From the NCBI GenBank assembly GCA_050084515.1, contig CM114271.1, positions 16,554,001 through 16,618,000 on the forward strand: a stretch of DNA of 64,000 nucleotides, given 5' to 3'. Every line of letters starts with the position of its first letter. Within the stretch, counting starts at the first letter, position 1. The stretch is from Blasia pusilla. Lineage: Eukaryota. Position numbers and translations under genes: made by a program. The notes beneath the pieces were generated by a model. That model did no database searches and was not told where the DNA came from. It was given only the letters and a program-made list of their open reading frames with translations. Below are positions 16,058 to 29,027 of this stretch, one piece after another.

Positions 16058-17045
16058 TAAATCTTGCAAGGGGACATCCATCTAGTATCAATATGTGCTC
16101 TGCCATTGGAAACCAATAAATCCCAACTCCAAAACGCTTCAATCAAGTTGGCTCCAATAAATCTTTGAACTCACTCGTCATCGTCCGAGAGATCTTCCAA
16201 TAGTACTGTCGACTTTGCCCTCCCGATTTTTGAAATTGTAGGAAGTGACAATGGTGTCACTATCAATGGTGGCTCTGGAGCTGGAGCAGTTGGCTTTAGA
16301 AGCAAGTTGTATACTCCCACTAGCCTCTCGTAATCCGCCTTTGGCTCTTTGCAAACGTCGAAAAGTTTTGACCTTCCCTCAAGGTAGAGAATGTTTCTGC
16401 CACTCTACTAGGTGTCTCTGATACTCGCCCCTAATAAGCCCACTAAGTCAAAGGCCAAGTCACCCAGCCTAGAGTAGAACTCCATGAGCGTTTGCATCAA
16501 GGAACATGACTTCTCCCTTCCTCCAAGTAAGGGGGTCCCTTCTTGCATGAAGATTCTCGAGGGGGAATTGTAGAGACTATCTAAGTTGTATCCATCGGAG
16601 CATGGATCCACTGGATCCGGGATTTGGAACACCTGGAATTTGTGCTCGGGCCTAACAAAGCAGTAGACAAATGAGTGGTCCATCTGTGAACAAGCAAGTG
16701 GAAAATAATGTCATCAAAAAAAGAAAGGTAGTAGATTGTTGGTCTACTCTCCATATAGTGACACAATGTGTTACTCGTTGATCCGACGGGTTGCTCATTT
16801 GGCTAGACACAATAGCAATCTGTCAGAGTCCGACGGGTTGCTTTTCAAATCAAATAGGAATCTATGGTGATTAGCAAGCCGTTGGAACCGGACAGGTTGC
16901 TCAATAGGCCAGACACAATAGCAACCTGTCGGAGTCCGACGGGTTGCTATACAACTCAAAAAGGACTCTTTGTTGATGAGCAACATGTCGAAACCCGACA
17001 AGTTGGTCATTTTGGTGGACAGAACCGCAACCTATCGGAGTATGA
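16058..17045 (-). mobile_element. Inverted fragment of a related ParB-MTase MULE copy (last MTase exon, palindrome-rich intron, 3' region)
   Basis: 16683-16170 encodes MDHSFVY...GGREKSCSLMQTLMEFYSRLGDLAFDLVGLLGAS..., homologous to 34228-34735 with the same TTCACAG acceptor; six palindrome copies at 16772-17041. Confidence 0.88.
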
Positions 17046-17349
17046 ATGTTTGAATCTGTTTCGTATCAACATAACTATCAACTTCACATAAACGACACAC
17101 TTTAAACTTAATTTTCCGATAATAGTGATCCTCTTGGGGATTGAACTCCATAAATCATCATAAAAAGATAAATTCTTTTAACTCTTGTACATTACACAAC
17201 ATGCCACATTAAACATATTTTGCAACCTACAACACCTTCAATGCCACCTTAGAGCCATGTCCTCACAAGTACACAACTTAAATCTGCTTATATATTAAGT
17301 CCTAGAGTCATTTTTTTTCTATTTCTCTATGACCAAAATGCACACGTTT

Positions 17350-19790
17350 TAAAACCTCTATCTTTTCTTACCTTCTCTCTAAAAACTTTTCCTTAAAACC
17401 CTCTTCTTCTTCTTTCTCTCCCATCTTTTCTCCCCTCCTCCTTAACGGAGTCCAAAAATCAACATCCAATGGTGAGAACAAAATATACTTCAATGTGAAC
17501 ATAAAATTGAAACAAAGACTTGGAACAATCGTACTCAAAGCCCTCCTTTTCCTTCTTCACCCCTCTTTTTCTCCCCTCCTCCTCAACCAGGGGTTAAAAT
17601 ATCAAGAAACTTTACCCAAAGGGGGGCACTCCAACCCCATGAACAAAAAAAAAAAAAAACAAATGACCACACACACATGGAAACCCTAAACAAGGTCTCT
17701 CATTTTTGGTTTGAGCATGGAAGCTAAGCTGGCATATCTAAACTGTTGAAGTGGCCAAGGGATTTAAGGCAAGGACATGTGCCAAGTTTCAACAACATCC
17801 TATGGTGAGAACAACATATCCTTCAATGGGAACATAAAAATGAGAAAAAAAAAGACTCGGAACAATCATACTCAAAGCCCTCTTCGTCCTTCTTTATCCC
17901 TCTTTTTTCTCCCCTCCTCCTCAACCAACTATCCAAAAACTAGGAAACTTCTCCTAGAGGGAAAATCCAACCACAAAAACACTTGGGAAAATAAAAAACT
18001 TGAAATAATCACTCACACATGGAATTAAAAAATTTAAACCCTAAACAAGGTCTTTCATTTTTTTATGCGCATGGGGGTTCATATAGCAGATCTGAACCGT
18101 TGAACTTTTGGAAAGGTCTAATGAAAAGACATAAGCCAAGTTTCATCACCATCCAATGGTTGGAAGAATAGATAGCTCCAAGATAGCTCCATGTTGACAT
18201 GAAAATGACACAAGGACTTACCCTAAGTCCTTCTCCTCCTTCTTGACCCCTCATTTTCTCCCCTCCACCCTCAACCAGTAGTCAAAAAATCAGGAAACTT
18301 GTCCCAATGGGGGAATCCAACCATAGGAGCATAGGGGTAAAGAAAAAACTTCAAATAATCACTCACACATGGAATTAAAAATCGTAAACCCTGAAAATAG
18401 TCTTTCTTTTTGGTATGAGCATGGAGATATAAATAACATATCTGAACTGTTGAAGTTTTGGAGAGGTCTAATGCAAAGGCGTGGGCCAAGTTTCATCACC
18501 ATCCAATTGTTGGAAGAAAAGAAACCTCCATGTTAATATGAAATGACACAATGACTTGAACAATCTTGCTGAAAGTCCTCCTCCTCCTTCTTGACCCCTC
18601 ATTTCTGCCCCTCCATCCTCAACCAAGGGTCCAAACATCATGAAACTCTAAAGAATCCTACTCAAAGCACTCTTCCTACATCATGCCACCTCCTTTTCTC
18701 CCCTCCCTCGTCAACCGAGGGTCCAAAAATCAAGAAACATTTCCAAGAGGGGCAATCCAACCACAAGAACATAGGGGAAAAGAAAAAACTTTAAGCTACC
18801 ACTCATACATGGAATTAAAAATTGTAAACCCTAAACAACATATTTCATTTTTGGTATGATCATGGAGGTTTAAATGCCAAATCAGATACAGTTGAAGGTT
18901 TGGAGAGTTTTAGGGTTTAGGGTTGGGCCAAGTTTCATCATCATCCACTGGTTGGAAGAAAAGATAGATCCATATTACATGAAGATGCCACAAAGACTCG
19001 AAAGAATCCTACTTGAAGCCCTTTTCCTCCTTCATGACACCTCCTTTTCAACATCATCCAATGGTTGGAAACAAAGATACCTTCCATGTTAACATGAAAA
19101 TGGCATAAAGACCTAAAACAATTCTATTCAAGTCCATCCTCTTCCTTCTTGATCCCTCCTTTTCTACCCTCCCCCCTCAACTAGGGGCTAAATGGGAGAT
19201 CTGAACTATTGAAGTTTTGGAGAGATCTAATGACAAGGATTGTGCCAAGTTTCATCACCATCCACTGGTTGGAAGAAAAGATAGCTCCATGTTAACATGA
19301 AGATGCCACAAAGACTCGAAAGAATCCTACTTGAAGCCCTTCTCCTCCTTCATGACACCTCCTTTTCAACATCATCCAATGGTTGGAAACAAAGATACCT
19401 TCCATGTTAACATGAGAATGGTATAAAGACCTAAAACAATTATATTCAAGTCCATCCTCTTCCTTCTTGATCCCTCATTTTCTACCCTCCCCCTCAACTA
19501 GGGGTCCTAGATGGGAAAAGTTTTGGAGAGATCTAATGAAAAAACAAGTTTTCACCATCCCTGGTTGGAAGAAAAGATAGCTCCATGTTAACATGAAGAT
19601 GCAAAGACGAAAGAAATGCCCCTCCTCCTTTTTTTTTCATCAATGGTTGGAAACAAAGATACCTTCCATGTTAACATGAGAAAAAAGACCTAAAACAATT
19701 ATATTCAAGTCCATCCTCTTCCTTCTTGATCCCTCGTTTTCTACCCTCCCCCTCAACTAGGGGTCCAAAAATCAGGAAACTTTTTCCGTG
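17350..19790. repeat. Complex AT-rich tandem/satellite-like repeat (~300-500-bp diverged units)
   Basis: Recurring blocks CCAAGTTTCATCACCATCCA..TGGTTGGAAGAA, CACTCACACATGGAATTAAAA, CTCCCCTCCTCCTCAACC; near-identical copies at ~18925-19190 and ~19245-19500, plus a deletion-riddled third. Confidence 0.8.
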
Positions 19791-22123
19791 AGGGGCACAA
19801 ATGTTTTTTTTTGTGTTCTTGGGGTAACAAGCAACAGAGAGAAAAAAAGTGTGTTGAAACTTAGGGTAAGAAAGGATATCCCAACAACAATAAAAAAAAC
19901 ATGGTAACATTGGAGCATGAAATCATTTAAACATATCATTCGATGTTTATGACTCAATATTACTAGGCGAGTGAAACAAGTATGACTCGTCGTGAGTAAA
20001 GGGTATTGATAAATACCTTAGTCATAAACAAATGACTAGATGAGTTGTACGAACCTAAAATTTATGACTAAACCATTTTAGTCATAATTTGAGTTATTCT
20101 TTCGGTGAGTCATCTAAAGTCTAGTCATAAAAACCACCCATTTCTTCTAGTGCATTGCGGTTATGTGATGGAAAAAAATTGCATGGTGGACTAAAATGGA
20201 GTTGATGGAACATTAATACAACATGAAGGAAGTAACATCGCTTGTCACTTACTAATATTATGAAAAATTTGTAGAATGGAGGAGTAGAAAAAAAATCGAG
20301 GAATAGACAAATACTAACACGAAGCATGATGAGTCAAAATGTCTTTATTTTGGCTCACATATCCATTTACATCAAACGGATGAGAAATCATAGTGGAATA
20401 ACTTGCATTATGCAACCCCTGCACTTCAAATTGACTTAGCGCCCAAGTGACACCAGAATACGTGGTAGCAAGAGAGAGAGAACCAATTAATACGACTTAG
20501 TAGTAGGGGCCGTAAATATAACTATCCTTACAAAACACATTAATAACATTGTAAAATTTATGTATTTTGTCAAGGATCTTTCGATACCAAAATTTAAATT
20601 TCTCTAAATCTAACTAAGTGTGTGAATGGATTCTTTTTATGGAGAGTGTACCCTTGAAAACATGGGAAATTATGTTAAACTTTTGAAGCAAGAAAAGAAA
20701 ATATTGTTTAAGATGAGAAAACAAATTATGTAAGTTTGCATAGCACATGCATGCCCAATAATAAATTTGTATCCATCTATATCTATATTATTATTGGAGA
20801 GTGTCTTCTTGATTTGCAAACATCTATCAACTTGACACTTAGCACTTGGACAACAAGAAAATGTTTTCCATTCTATGGGCAGCATTCCATTTGTGAATTA
20901 GCCCTTTCACTTGTGTGCATGGCACGGGTTGTACACTAGTTTTTATTTAGTGGGGAGTGCCCTTTCATTTTGCAAACACCTCTCATCTTGACACTTGGCA
21001 CTTTCAACCAATTGGATCATTCGCCTTCTAAACTAATAAGATCATTTGAAATTAATTTAAAATGGTACTTGGGAACTTTGAAAGTTAATTATGGGAGGTA
21101 ATTGAAATCTTATACTAGTAGAAATTTAAGGAGGCTTGAAGAATTTCCATTATTTTCTATCCCAAGTTAAAAACTTGATTTTCCAAGGCTTGTCTATAGT
21201 GTATGATGGCAATTAAGTTTGGTCTTGGAAACTAGTTCATCATAACTAAAACTTTCGAGAAGCATCCCAGAATGTCCAACGTGTCTAAGCTAGAGTTGAG
21301 GGACTTTTGTGTATTGTGTATGCTGACAATTTATTTTAGTCTTGCTAGCAATGAATGGATCTGACCCTATTTTGTGATATTAAGAAAGACCTACAGATCT
21401 CAAAAAGTGAAATTAAGTGCGTGAGGGTGCTGTAGAATAGTGGAATTGATCATTGAAGGTGTTTGCAATCAAGAGAGATCAAGGAGGAGTTTGAAGACCT
21501 GCTGTTAATGGAGAATCTAGAGACCGTGCCTGCTGTTAATGTGATGTTTCCCGATCTGTGCTTGTTCGCGCTCTTGTTTGATTTTAAGCCTTGTGCAAAG
21601 TATGTTTGGTTCTTGTGCCTTTGAGCTGCCGCCTCCGTCGGCTCAGTTTGCTTATGGTGGTCTATTGACATTGTAGCTCATAGTCAATCTCCAACTCTCC
21701 AACCATCTGCCTTAGGCTGACACTCTGCTGATCTTCCACTATTTGTCTTTCCGTTGTTTTTGTCGAGGGTTCCAACATTGTGTCGTCTTGACAGACTCTC
21801 GTCGTTGTGTTGTATTTCACAGATGGCCCGGCCTTGTGCGTTCTCCTTGGGATGTCATAGCTAAGCTACATTTTCTTTAGGGATATTCGTTTCTGCCTAT
21901 TCGATTATGTGCTCCGATTGTTGAGTTATGCTCTCGGCGCTCGCTTTTCAGTAAAGCTTTGCTATGTTGACCCTCAACGCAGGTCCTTTTTGCATGTGTT
22001 TGACAACTTTTTATTAGGACTTTAGGCAGGCTTAGGGTTTGGTTTTTTTTGTTGTACACACATAAAAACTCTTGTGGCTCGACTCTACACTATTAATTAT
22101 GTGTCTCTTTAGTGTGTACTAGG

Positions 22124-23340
22124 GTATGCGGGCTACATTGACATCAATTTTTAGGTAGAAAATTATCTGCATAGTGGAGTGCACAATGCTGTATTACCTA
22201 GCAGCACGGCATTGTGTCCTCATTGCCAAGTGTGCGCGGTTCTCAACCCGGGGATCTGGTTTGTCTGAATAGCATGTGGTGAGAGGGTTTTTGTATTTTT
22301 CTTCCATTGGCAGAGGCCTATCCTTGACTGTCAAGGAGTCTCGAGAGTCTCAAGAGTACGGGATGCTCCAAGAATTTTGGTAAGTTTCTTCATGCCCTAA
22401 AACAATTCAATGGCTTAGTTTGTTTGTAGAGAAATACAACTCTAGTAATCTATGTACTCCATTTCTGGTTCAATTGCTTTCTGATTATTGTGTTCCGTTT
22501 GGTATTGTGTAGGATTCTATATCAGTTGTATTTTTCCAATTCTGCAATCGACATTCTTCTTCTTGAGCCAGTAGGGGAGGTAGGTTAAAGGTTTAGCCAA
22601 GGAGTTGGAAAACATAACCATGTCTACCCTGCCTAAGTTCCTCGATGCCGCAGGGTTGTGTTCCTTACAAATTAAGGTAAAAATCCAAAAATGTGACAGG
22701 TCTTCTTTTTGGGAACCAAGGTGTCCTCGAAACATGGGTCAGCCCCATGGTACATAGCAAATCTAGTGTAGATTTCTTTTTAGCCTGTATAGTTTGCAAA
22801 CAATCGCATTCCCACTCTACAATGTACTTGGAAGATTGGATTATCTTAGGATTTCCGCTGGAAACTTATAAGTGTCTAGAACAAGCGGCGAGAGATGCCA
22901 GCTTCAACATTTCCTTCTCACCCAAACCACGATTGGTAGGGGACCATGTTTGGTTAGACTCGTAATTTCAAAAGAAGGGTATGAAAGAATTTCTAGTAGA
23001 GGAAAACCACATAGATAAGATGAATGTCGTATGAATTAAGGACATAAAAAATTTGATGGGGGCATTGAATAAAAACATGCTTTCCATGAGAGTATGTACA
23101 ATCCGCCTAAAGAGGAGAGTGTCCACCTTTGAGGAGAAGGACCTTGTTCCTTGGGTTATTGGAGTGACTCCCAAAATTTTGGGAGTCTGGCCTATAAGGT
23201 ATAACCAGACCGATGTGGATGATAGAGGACCTGTTGGGAATGAGTTTATTTCAGATTTGTCCAAAGTACTAAGTTCCATGGCCCTTCTGAATCTAGATGA
23301 GCGTAATTCATTGTACCTAAACCCTAAACATGCATAAGTC
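22124..23340 (+). pseudogene. 5' part of an unidentified decayed spliced gene (probably TE-derived), interrupted by the large MULE
   Basis: Protein-like broken frames with plausible splice signals (~22124, 22380, 22514); appears to continue at 36577 after the MULE. Confidence 0.3.
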
Positions 23341-24202
23341 TATAAAGCGTTACCAATACATATTTCGGATTAGGAAGTAGGGTCATACTTTATACTTTAT
23401 ATGTGTATGAACTCTCAATTACTTACAGGTAGCAATATATGGACATTTTTGTAGGTATACTATACATAATATCATATTTCTGCCCCAAACTGAATCTGGG
23501 CAGGTTGTTCCTGAGCAATTTTGGCTCAAGTGCGTGTAGGTTAATCGAAAACTACATTGCAGTGGTTGTTTAGGAGCCCACATGTACACAAATGGGGTCC
23601 ATGATGTAGGTTGCAGTGGGGCCATAGAAGTAGGCATTTAGGGTTGCATTTGCAACACTCAAAGTAGTTGCAGGTTTAATTTTTCAAATTTTGTCTTTAC
23701 TTCCGAGCCTTGCCTTGCAATCCTTGCTCTGCATAAGTGATTTATGTTTGAATGGGAAGATAACTACCCTGAGCATTGCTTATATGCTTATATATGTTGA
23801 TGCGAAGGTGTGAGGTGTGGTAAGAGGAGAAGAAGAGAGGAAACTACCTTCAACCGAAATAGATTTATTTTTTTTAAGACAGTTTCATGTGATTTGAAGA
23901 GAGTGTCCGTTGGGTTGAAGAGAGGAATTTTTTGTGTGAATATTTTGGTACTTTTCTGCTCGGTTCTTGAGCACTCCCACCATTTTTTTTTCCTCTTCCA
24001 TATTTTGGCAACTTTTGAGTCCGACGAGTTGCAAATTGCACAAGATTTATAAAATCGTGTGGAATCATAAGTGTGGAAGCAATCATTTTTATCATTCAAA
24101 GTCTAGAAAAAATTTATTATTTGCCCTCGGCTGAATAGAGTTAAGTTCACAGTGAAGATTTTGGAAAAATGAAAGTATAGTCTAAAATCTCATTTTGCAT
24201 CC

Positions 24203-27200
24203 TCAAAGTGGTTTGATTAAAATACTCCTCACTTCTTTGAGGGACACAATCGGTTGGTGGATTCTTACTCCTACCTCTGATTCTCTTAGAATTACAAGCA
24301 ACACATAGTACATGTGCTTACAAGGGAAATACTTTTCGCCATTTGTTTCTCTTTGGATAAAGTTTTCATATGAACACGTGGGAAAGTAACAGGTGTGCAC
24401 CATATACACCTCTGCGACATTTGAATTTACAGTGTTGTTCCTGACCCAATACATCCTTTCTATTCCATCGTCGTTGTTAACATCTTTTGTGGCGATGATC
24501 TCCATTTTTGCCTCTAGAGTTGATGCAATTCGTTTTGCTCTCTCCACTATTGGTCGACACAATCTGTTTCTCTTCACCCCATTTCTAGACTCAAACAGAA
24601 ATAGCGGATTGAGATCATCCATCTTCACCGGGCACATGTTGACGTTAATCTTGGGTTGAATACGAAATGCAAAGGTCTCTGGAATGCAAACATGCTTTGA
24701 ACTTCCTCCGTCTACGAAGTCTAAAATCGGCACTTGTAAGATTGTCCACTTCATCTTGAGTGCAATTCATACCTGCGGCGATGGGCCAAATCGTGGGGAT
24801 ATTCCCCGGAGCTCCAATGGTAGGCGGATATGACTTGCGAAATGTGCAAGATTCATTTGGGCAGAAGAAGTACTTCATTTGATCCCCGGTCCTCTTGAAA
24901 CGATCAAAGGTTTTGAGTGAGTGGTTCATCCTTATGATTCTTATTTAGGAAAGTGTCGATGATCTCCTAATGCCATCAGATCCTCAAGTGGATCCACGCC
25001 GAGGGTTGCTCGAGATATATGCCACCGTTTCAGGTTGCAATCCATCTCCATGACCATTCCATATTGTTGAACCACCCCAACGACCGGATGTTGCAAACTT
25101 CCAAAGAACGGAGGGCTTTTGAAATAAAACATTCATGATTTTGGAGAATTCCGGGGTCCCCGAATACTTGGGCGGCGTAATTTCCTCATCCAAATCAATC
25201 ACCGGATTCGTTCCTCGATGGTGCCTTCACCTACCAAGTCAAGATACTCATTGGTCTCCAAGTCTCGCTCATTTGCTCTACCACCATCTCAGATGGGACG
25301 TCTTGAACGCGCCTATGAATATCCCCACCAATATCGTCTTGCTTGAGGGGAGTTCCTCAAAGGTTGAAGGCTTCCACATAGAGTTTCTCATCACCCGATC
25401 TCATAGCCGCCCTGACATAGAGCTCGTAGATCAAAGGCCCTCTTCCTTTTGTTATGCCTTTTGTGAGGAAGATATGGGATATTGCAGACTGTAGCATTGC
25501 TCTTGCCTGGTCTTGTTGGCATGCCTCCACAAGTGAAATTCTTTGGCATATTTGTGACGACCTCCACGAGGAATGAACACTTTCTGCTCCACTTGTGTTG
25601 GGGTAGAGGGCATTTTCATGAATGTTCAATCCCTGCAACAACGGCACCGTGAGAAGGGAACCAAAATAGCTCTATGAGCAAAGAAAAAAGCTACATGTCG
25701 GAACCCGACGGGTTGCAAGTCGGAGGCATCCCATGAATGACTCTGTAACCCGTTGGTTTCCGACGTGTTGCGACACCCAGGAACCACCTAGTGCAACCCG
25801 TCGGATTTTGACGGATTGCAAGTAAATTTGGCCATGCGACTTGCAACCCGTTCTTTTCCGACTGGTTGCACTCTCAGGCAACCTGTCAACCCGTCTGATT
25901 CCGACTGGTTGCAAGTAAGTTTGGCCGTGCGACTTGCGACCCGTCGGGTTCTGACTAGTTGCAAACTCAGGCAGCCCGTCGATAAGCGACGGTTTGAACA
26001 CTCAGGGAGGCAACCTGTCGCATCCGACAAGTTGCTTGGTTTCTATAGTGCCCATGCTTCTCACCTTTAGCTGCAACTCTTCAAACAATTTTCAGCGAGA
26101 TAAATTATTGAACTCACCTCCCGCATGAAGTTTCCCCATTGTCTCATTCGTACAGTCCACCAACTCAACCAAGAGCATAACTCTTTGTACTTCCCCTCAA
26201 TCGCATGTTTCCTCCACCATCCATGAATTTCTTCTTGGCATTCCATGGCCTGTTTCAAGGTTTTGCTGTCCTTGCAGCGTTGGAGTAGAGTGACATGCTC
26301 CGTCCTCTTATTCTCCTTAATGCAAGATTTGGTGTAGCGAGTCACAGAATGTTGCCAATGGAAAGCATCCGACCTTTCTCTCTCCGGTTGAACCTCCCCA
26401 TCCCAAAACACTTCCCTGATAGCAATCCACCCAGGTTGTGCATTATCCGCCATGAACCCATAAATTTCCAGAGGTAGCCTTTTGTTTTCCTTCACCAGCT
26501 CCAATAAGAGTAACCAACACATCTTCAAACTGCCAACTTCTTCTGCTTTTACTTCACAGACAAATATAGTTTTGAGTCCCTTCTCCACATGGTCATAAAC
26601 GTGAGCATCCATTGTCAACCATCCGTTCAGCACTCTGTAGCAAATATCAAAGCTTACCCAGCTGCCGTAAAGATCTTTCCCTTTCCTCATTCGATCTATA
26701 AGATCGAGACCACTCGACGGACCTGTCGTTGACATTTTGAAGACATAGGCCCTAGATCCTCCGCCTCCCTGGCCCATGAACTGCCATCTCTGAATGAATG
26801 GAAATCTGGAGTTGGCCTTGATTCTGGCAATGGCATCCATTTCGGCCGTCTTTCCATCCAGTACCCGTATTTGACGCAGCAAATTTCGGAAGTATTCAGG
26901 ATCAGCGAGAAATGCGAGATTTTCCCAGAGTTGTTTCTCCTCAGCAGTCTGTGATCTCGCCTTGTCCAAGGATTCCAAGCAGTTGTTCACAAATTTGTGA
27001 TGCTGTTGTAAGTTTGATCACTCCGGGCTTTGAACCCGGAGAGTTTTTGAAGACCTCGGCCACTTTCTTTGCCACATCCTCCTTGATGTGTCTCTGAATT
27101 GCATCGGTCACAAGATGAGTGTGGGAGCCAACATGAATTTCCAGCCTTGTTTACTCTGACATGGAGCCAAAGTCGTGGATAATGAAAAATATTTATGCAG

Positions 27201-28129
27201 GACAAGCTCCAACGCAAAAAGGGGATGCTTGACAATGAGGATATCGATGGCCTCTCGACGGTATGGTGGCATCGACCTCATATGGAGTTTCTCCATTCTT
27301 GGGGGGGAATTGCGACATATTGACCCGCCCGTTGCGCTCTAGATACGGGCATGCTGGACTTCTACACTCCAAGGTTCCAACGCATTGGTGGCGGGAGACA
27401 ATCCAAGGACCATGTGGAATTGAAACACTAGTCTGTTGAAGCCTACACCATCGATGAGAATCAGACTTTTTGTCCATACCCTTCAGGCGTCCTCCATTTT
27501 TCTTTTGAGCAAGAGCAGCAAGTGGAGGCAACTCAAAAATGCAATTACCATCGTACGTGGGCGGCAGCTCGTCGACAAGAATGTGCTTGAACATTTTCAA
27601 GGCTAGAGACGATAGCAAACTATTGCTTGATATTCGCAAGAGGAATGAGTAGGCGGATAGAGGGCCCGGTTGGTGTCCGACCGATCCACTGAGGTAGACA
27701 ATATCGGGAATTTCTTCAGGAAGTACAACATTATAACGAACGTGTGAAGTTGGAGTCAATGCGGACCCTTGAGCTAGGATTTGCAAACGTAGAGCTCAGT
27801 GCAATAGGAAATTCTCAACCATCTACTTGGGAAACAGAGGAATTCAGAGGCAAGCCGTAAACTTTGTATTGACCATTTGCTAGAGGTAGGAGATTCCATA
27901 CTTTACGGTCTACAATCACTGACTGGATTGTCTCACCTATTATGTCCTCTGTACCGTCCATCCTAACATCCTTGGACACAAAGATGGTTCCAATTTGGAG
28001 AAGAAATCGAACTGAGAGAAAAATTTCATCCACAGGTATGAAAGACTCACGAGCTTGCAATCGAACGATTTCTGATTGAGGAAGGGCTGCCAGATGACTG
28101 CCACAAGTGAGCTTCACATAATTATCCAT
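24203..28129 (-). pseudogene. MULE transposase: WRKY/GCM-like Zn DNA-binding domain, DDE core, SWIM finger
   Basis: CVGTLECRSPACPY...HCQASPFCVGACPA...HVGSHTH (GCM/WRKY-like); VSFDICY (D1), FMADNAQ (D2), ERSDAFHW (CxxH position), NTSGAESVHSSW (E), PTCSYENF...CKHMYYV (SWIM). Intron ~25634-26117. Frameshifts and stops. Confidence 0.85.
25690..26036. repeat. Cluster of 8 degenerate 27-bp palindromes in the transposase intron
   Basis: GCAACCCGTCGGA-N-TCCGACGGGTTGC-like copies at ~25690, 25745, 25793, 25843, 25887, 25936, 25971, 26010. Confidence 0.9.
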
Positions 28130-28314
28130 TCCTAGAAGATTCCACTGGGAGGAGACAGAGAATAAGAATGAGGATAAGAATGGGTGGGAATGAGAATGAG
28201 AATGAGAATGTTCAATTTATAGTGAATAGGGACTCAGATTCTCCTCACCTAATTTGACTGACAAGATGAAGTTTGGTAGGTGAGATTGTCTGACATGATG
28301 GATTCAATTCTATT

Positions 28315-28931
28315 GCAACCTGTCGGAGTTCGATGGGTTGCAAAATTTGGGAATCAGAGACGTGGGTTGCGAAGCACCCAGTTCCATTTTTTGTTTCCTT
28401 GTCCCAATGCAAATTGGAAGCCGTCGGAGTCCGTTGGGTTGGTACCCCCTTCATGCCGACCAATGGTCTTTTGAGACAATTTTGCTAGCATCAAACACGA
28501 GACATCGCTTGCATTTGCTAAGGTAACTAATCGATGGGGACTATTATGGGATTGTCCAACTCAGGGTAGACCTTGTGACCCGTCGGATTGCAAGAGGTTG
28601 CCTCAGAACTATCCATTGTCGCATTGTTACCCGAGGGATAGAAAAGAGTGCAACGTGTCTGTAACCGACGAGTTGCCCATGTACCTCGTCTATTACCCCA
28701 AGATGAGGGAAGCGTGCAACCTGTCGGCCTCCGACGGGTTGCGCAAGTGCCTCGCCTTGTTATCCCAAGACGAGGGAAGGGTGCAACCCGTTGGTCTTTG
28801 ACAGGTCGCGTGGGTACCTCGTGTTCTTCCCCCAAGTCGGCGGAGGCGCGCAACGTGTCGGACTCTGACGGGTTGCCAGGATAGCTCGGCTAGGACGGAT
28901 GCCTCCAACCCGTCGGAGACCGTCGAGTTGG
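28315..28931. repeat. Cluster of 8 palindromes in the divergent promoter region (partly 67-bp period)
   Basis: Copies at ~28315, 28417, 28576, 28650, 28716, 28783, 28850, 28905. Confidence 0.9.
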
Positions 28932-29020
28932 TGGTTTTCACGTCGAGACCTCCATAACGGCCGACACGTCGCCGTCGGAATGACGGTGCGACCCAACGGT
29001 CATCCCAACGGCTTGAAAAG

Positions 29021-29027
29021 TATAAAT
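29021..29027 (+). promoter_or_regulatory. Putative TATA box of the MULE accessory gene
   Basis: TATAAAT about 220 bp upstream of ATG 29239, just downstream of a palindrome cluster. Confidence 0.5.

Noticed and set aside
19940-20130. ATGACTA/TAGTCAT repeats as CACTA subterminal repeats
   Set aside because: No CACTA terminus, TSD or transposase found to support it.
15940-23880. Inverted repeats at 15940-16057 and 23812-23880 as TIRs of one 8-kb element
   Set aside because: The TSD at 23803-23811/36572-36580 indicates these termini face away from each other, so they belong to two separate elements.
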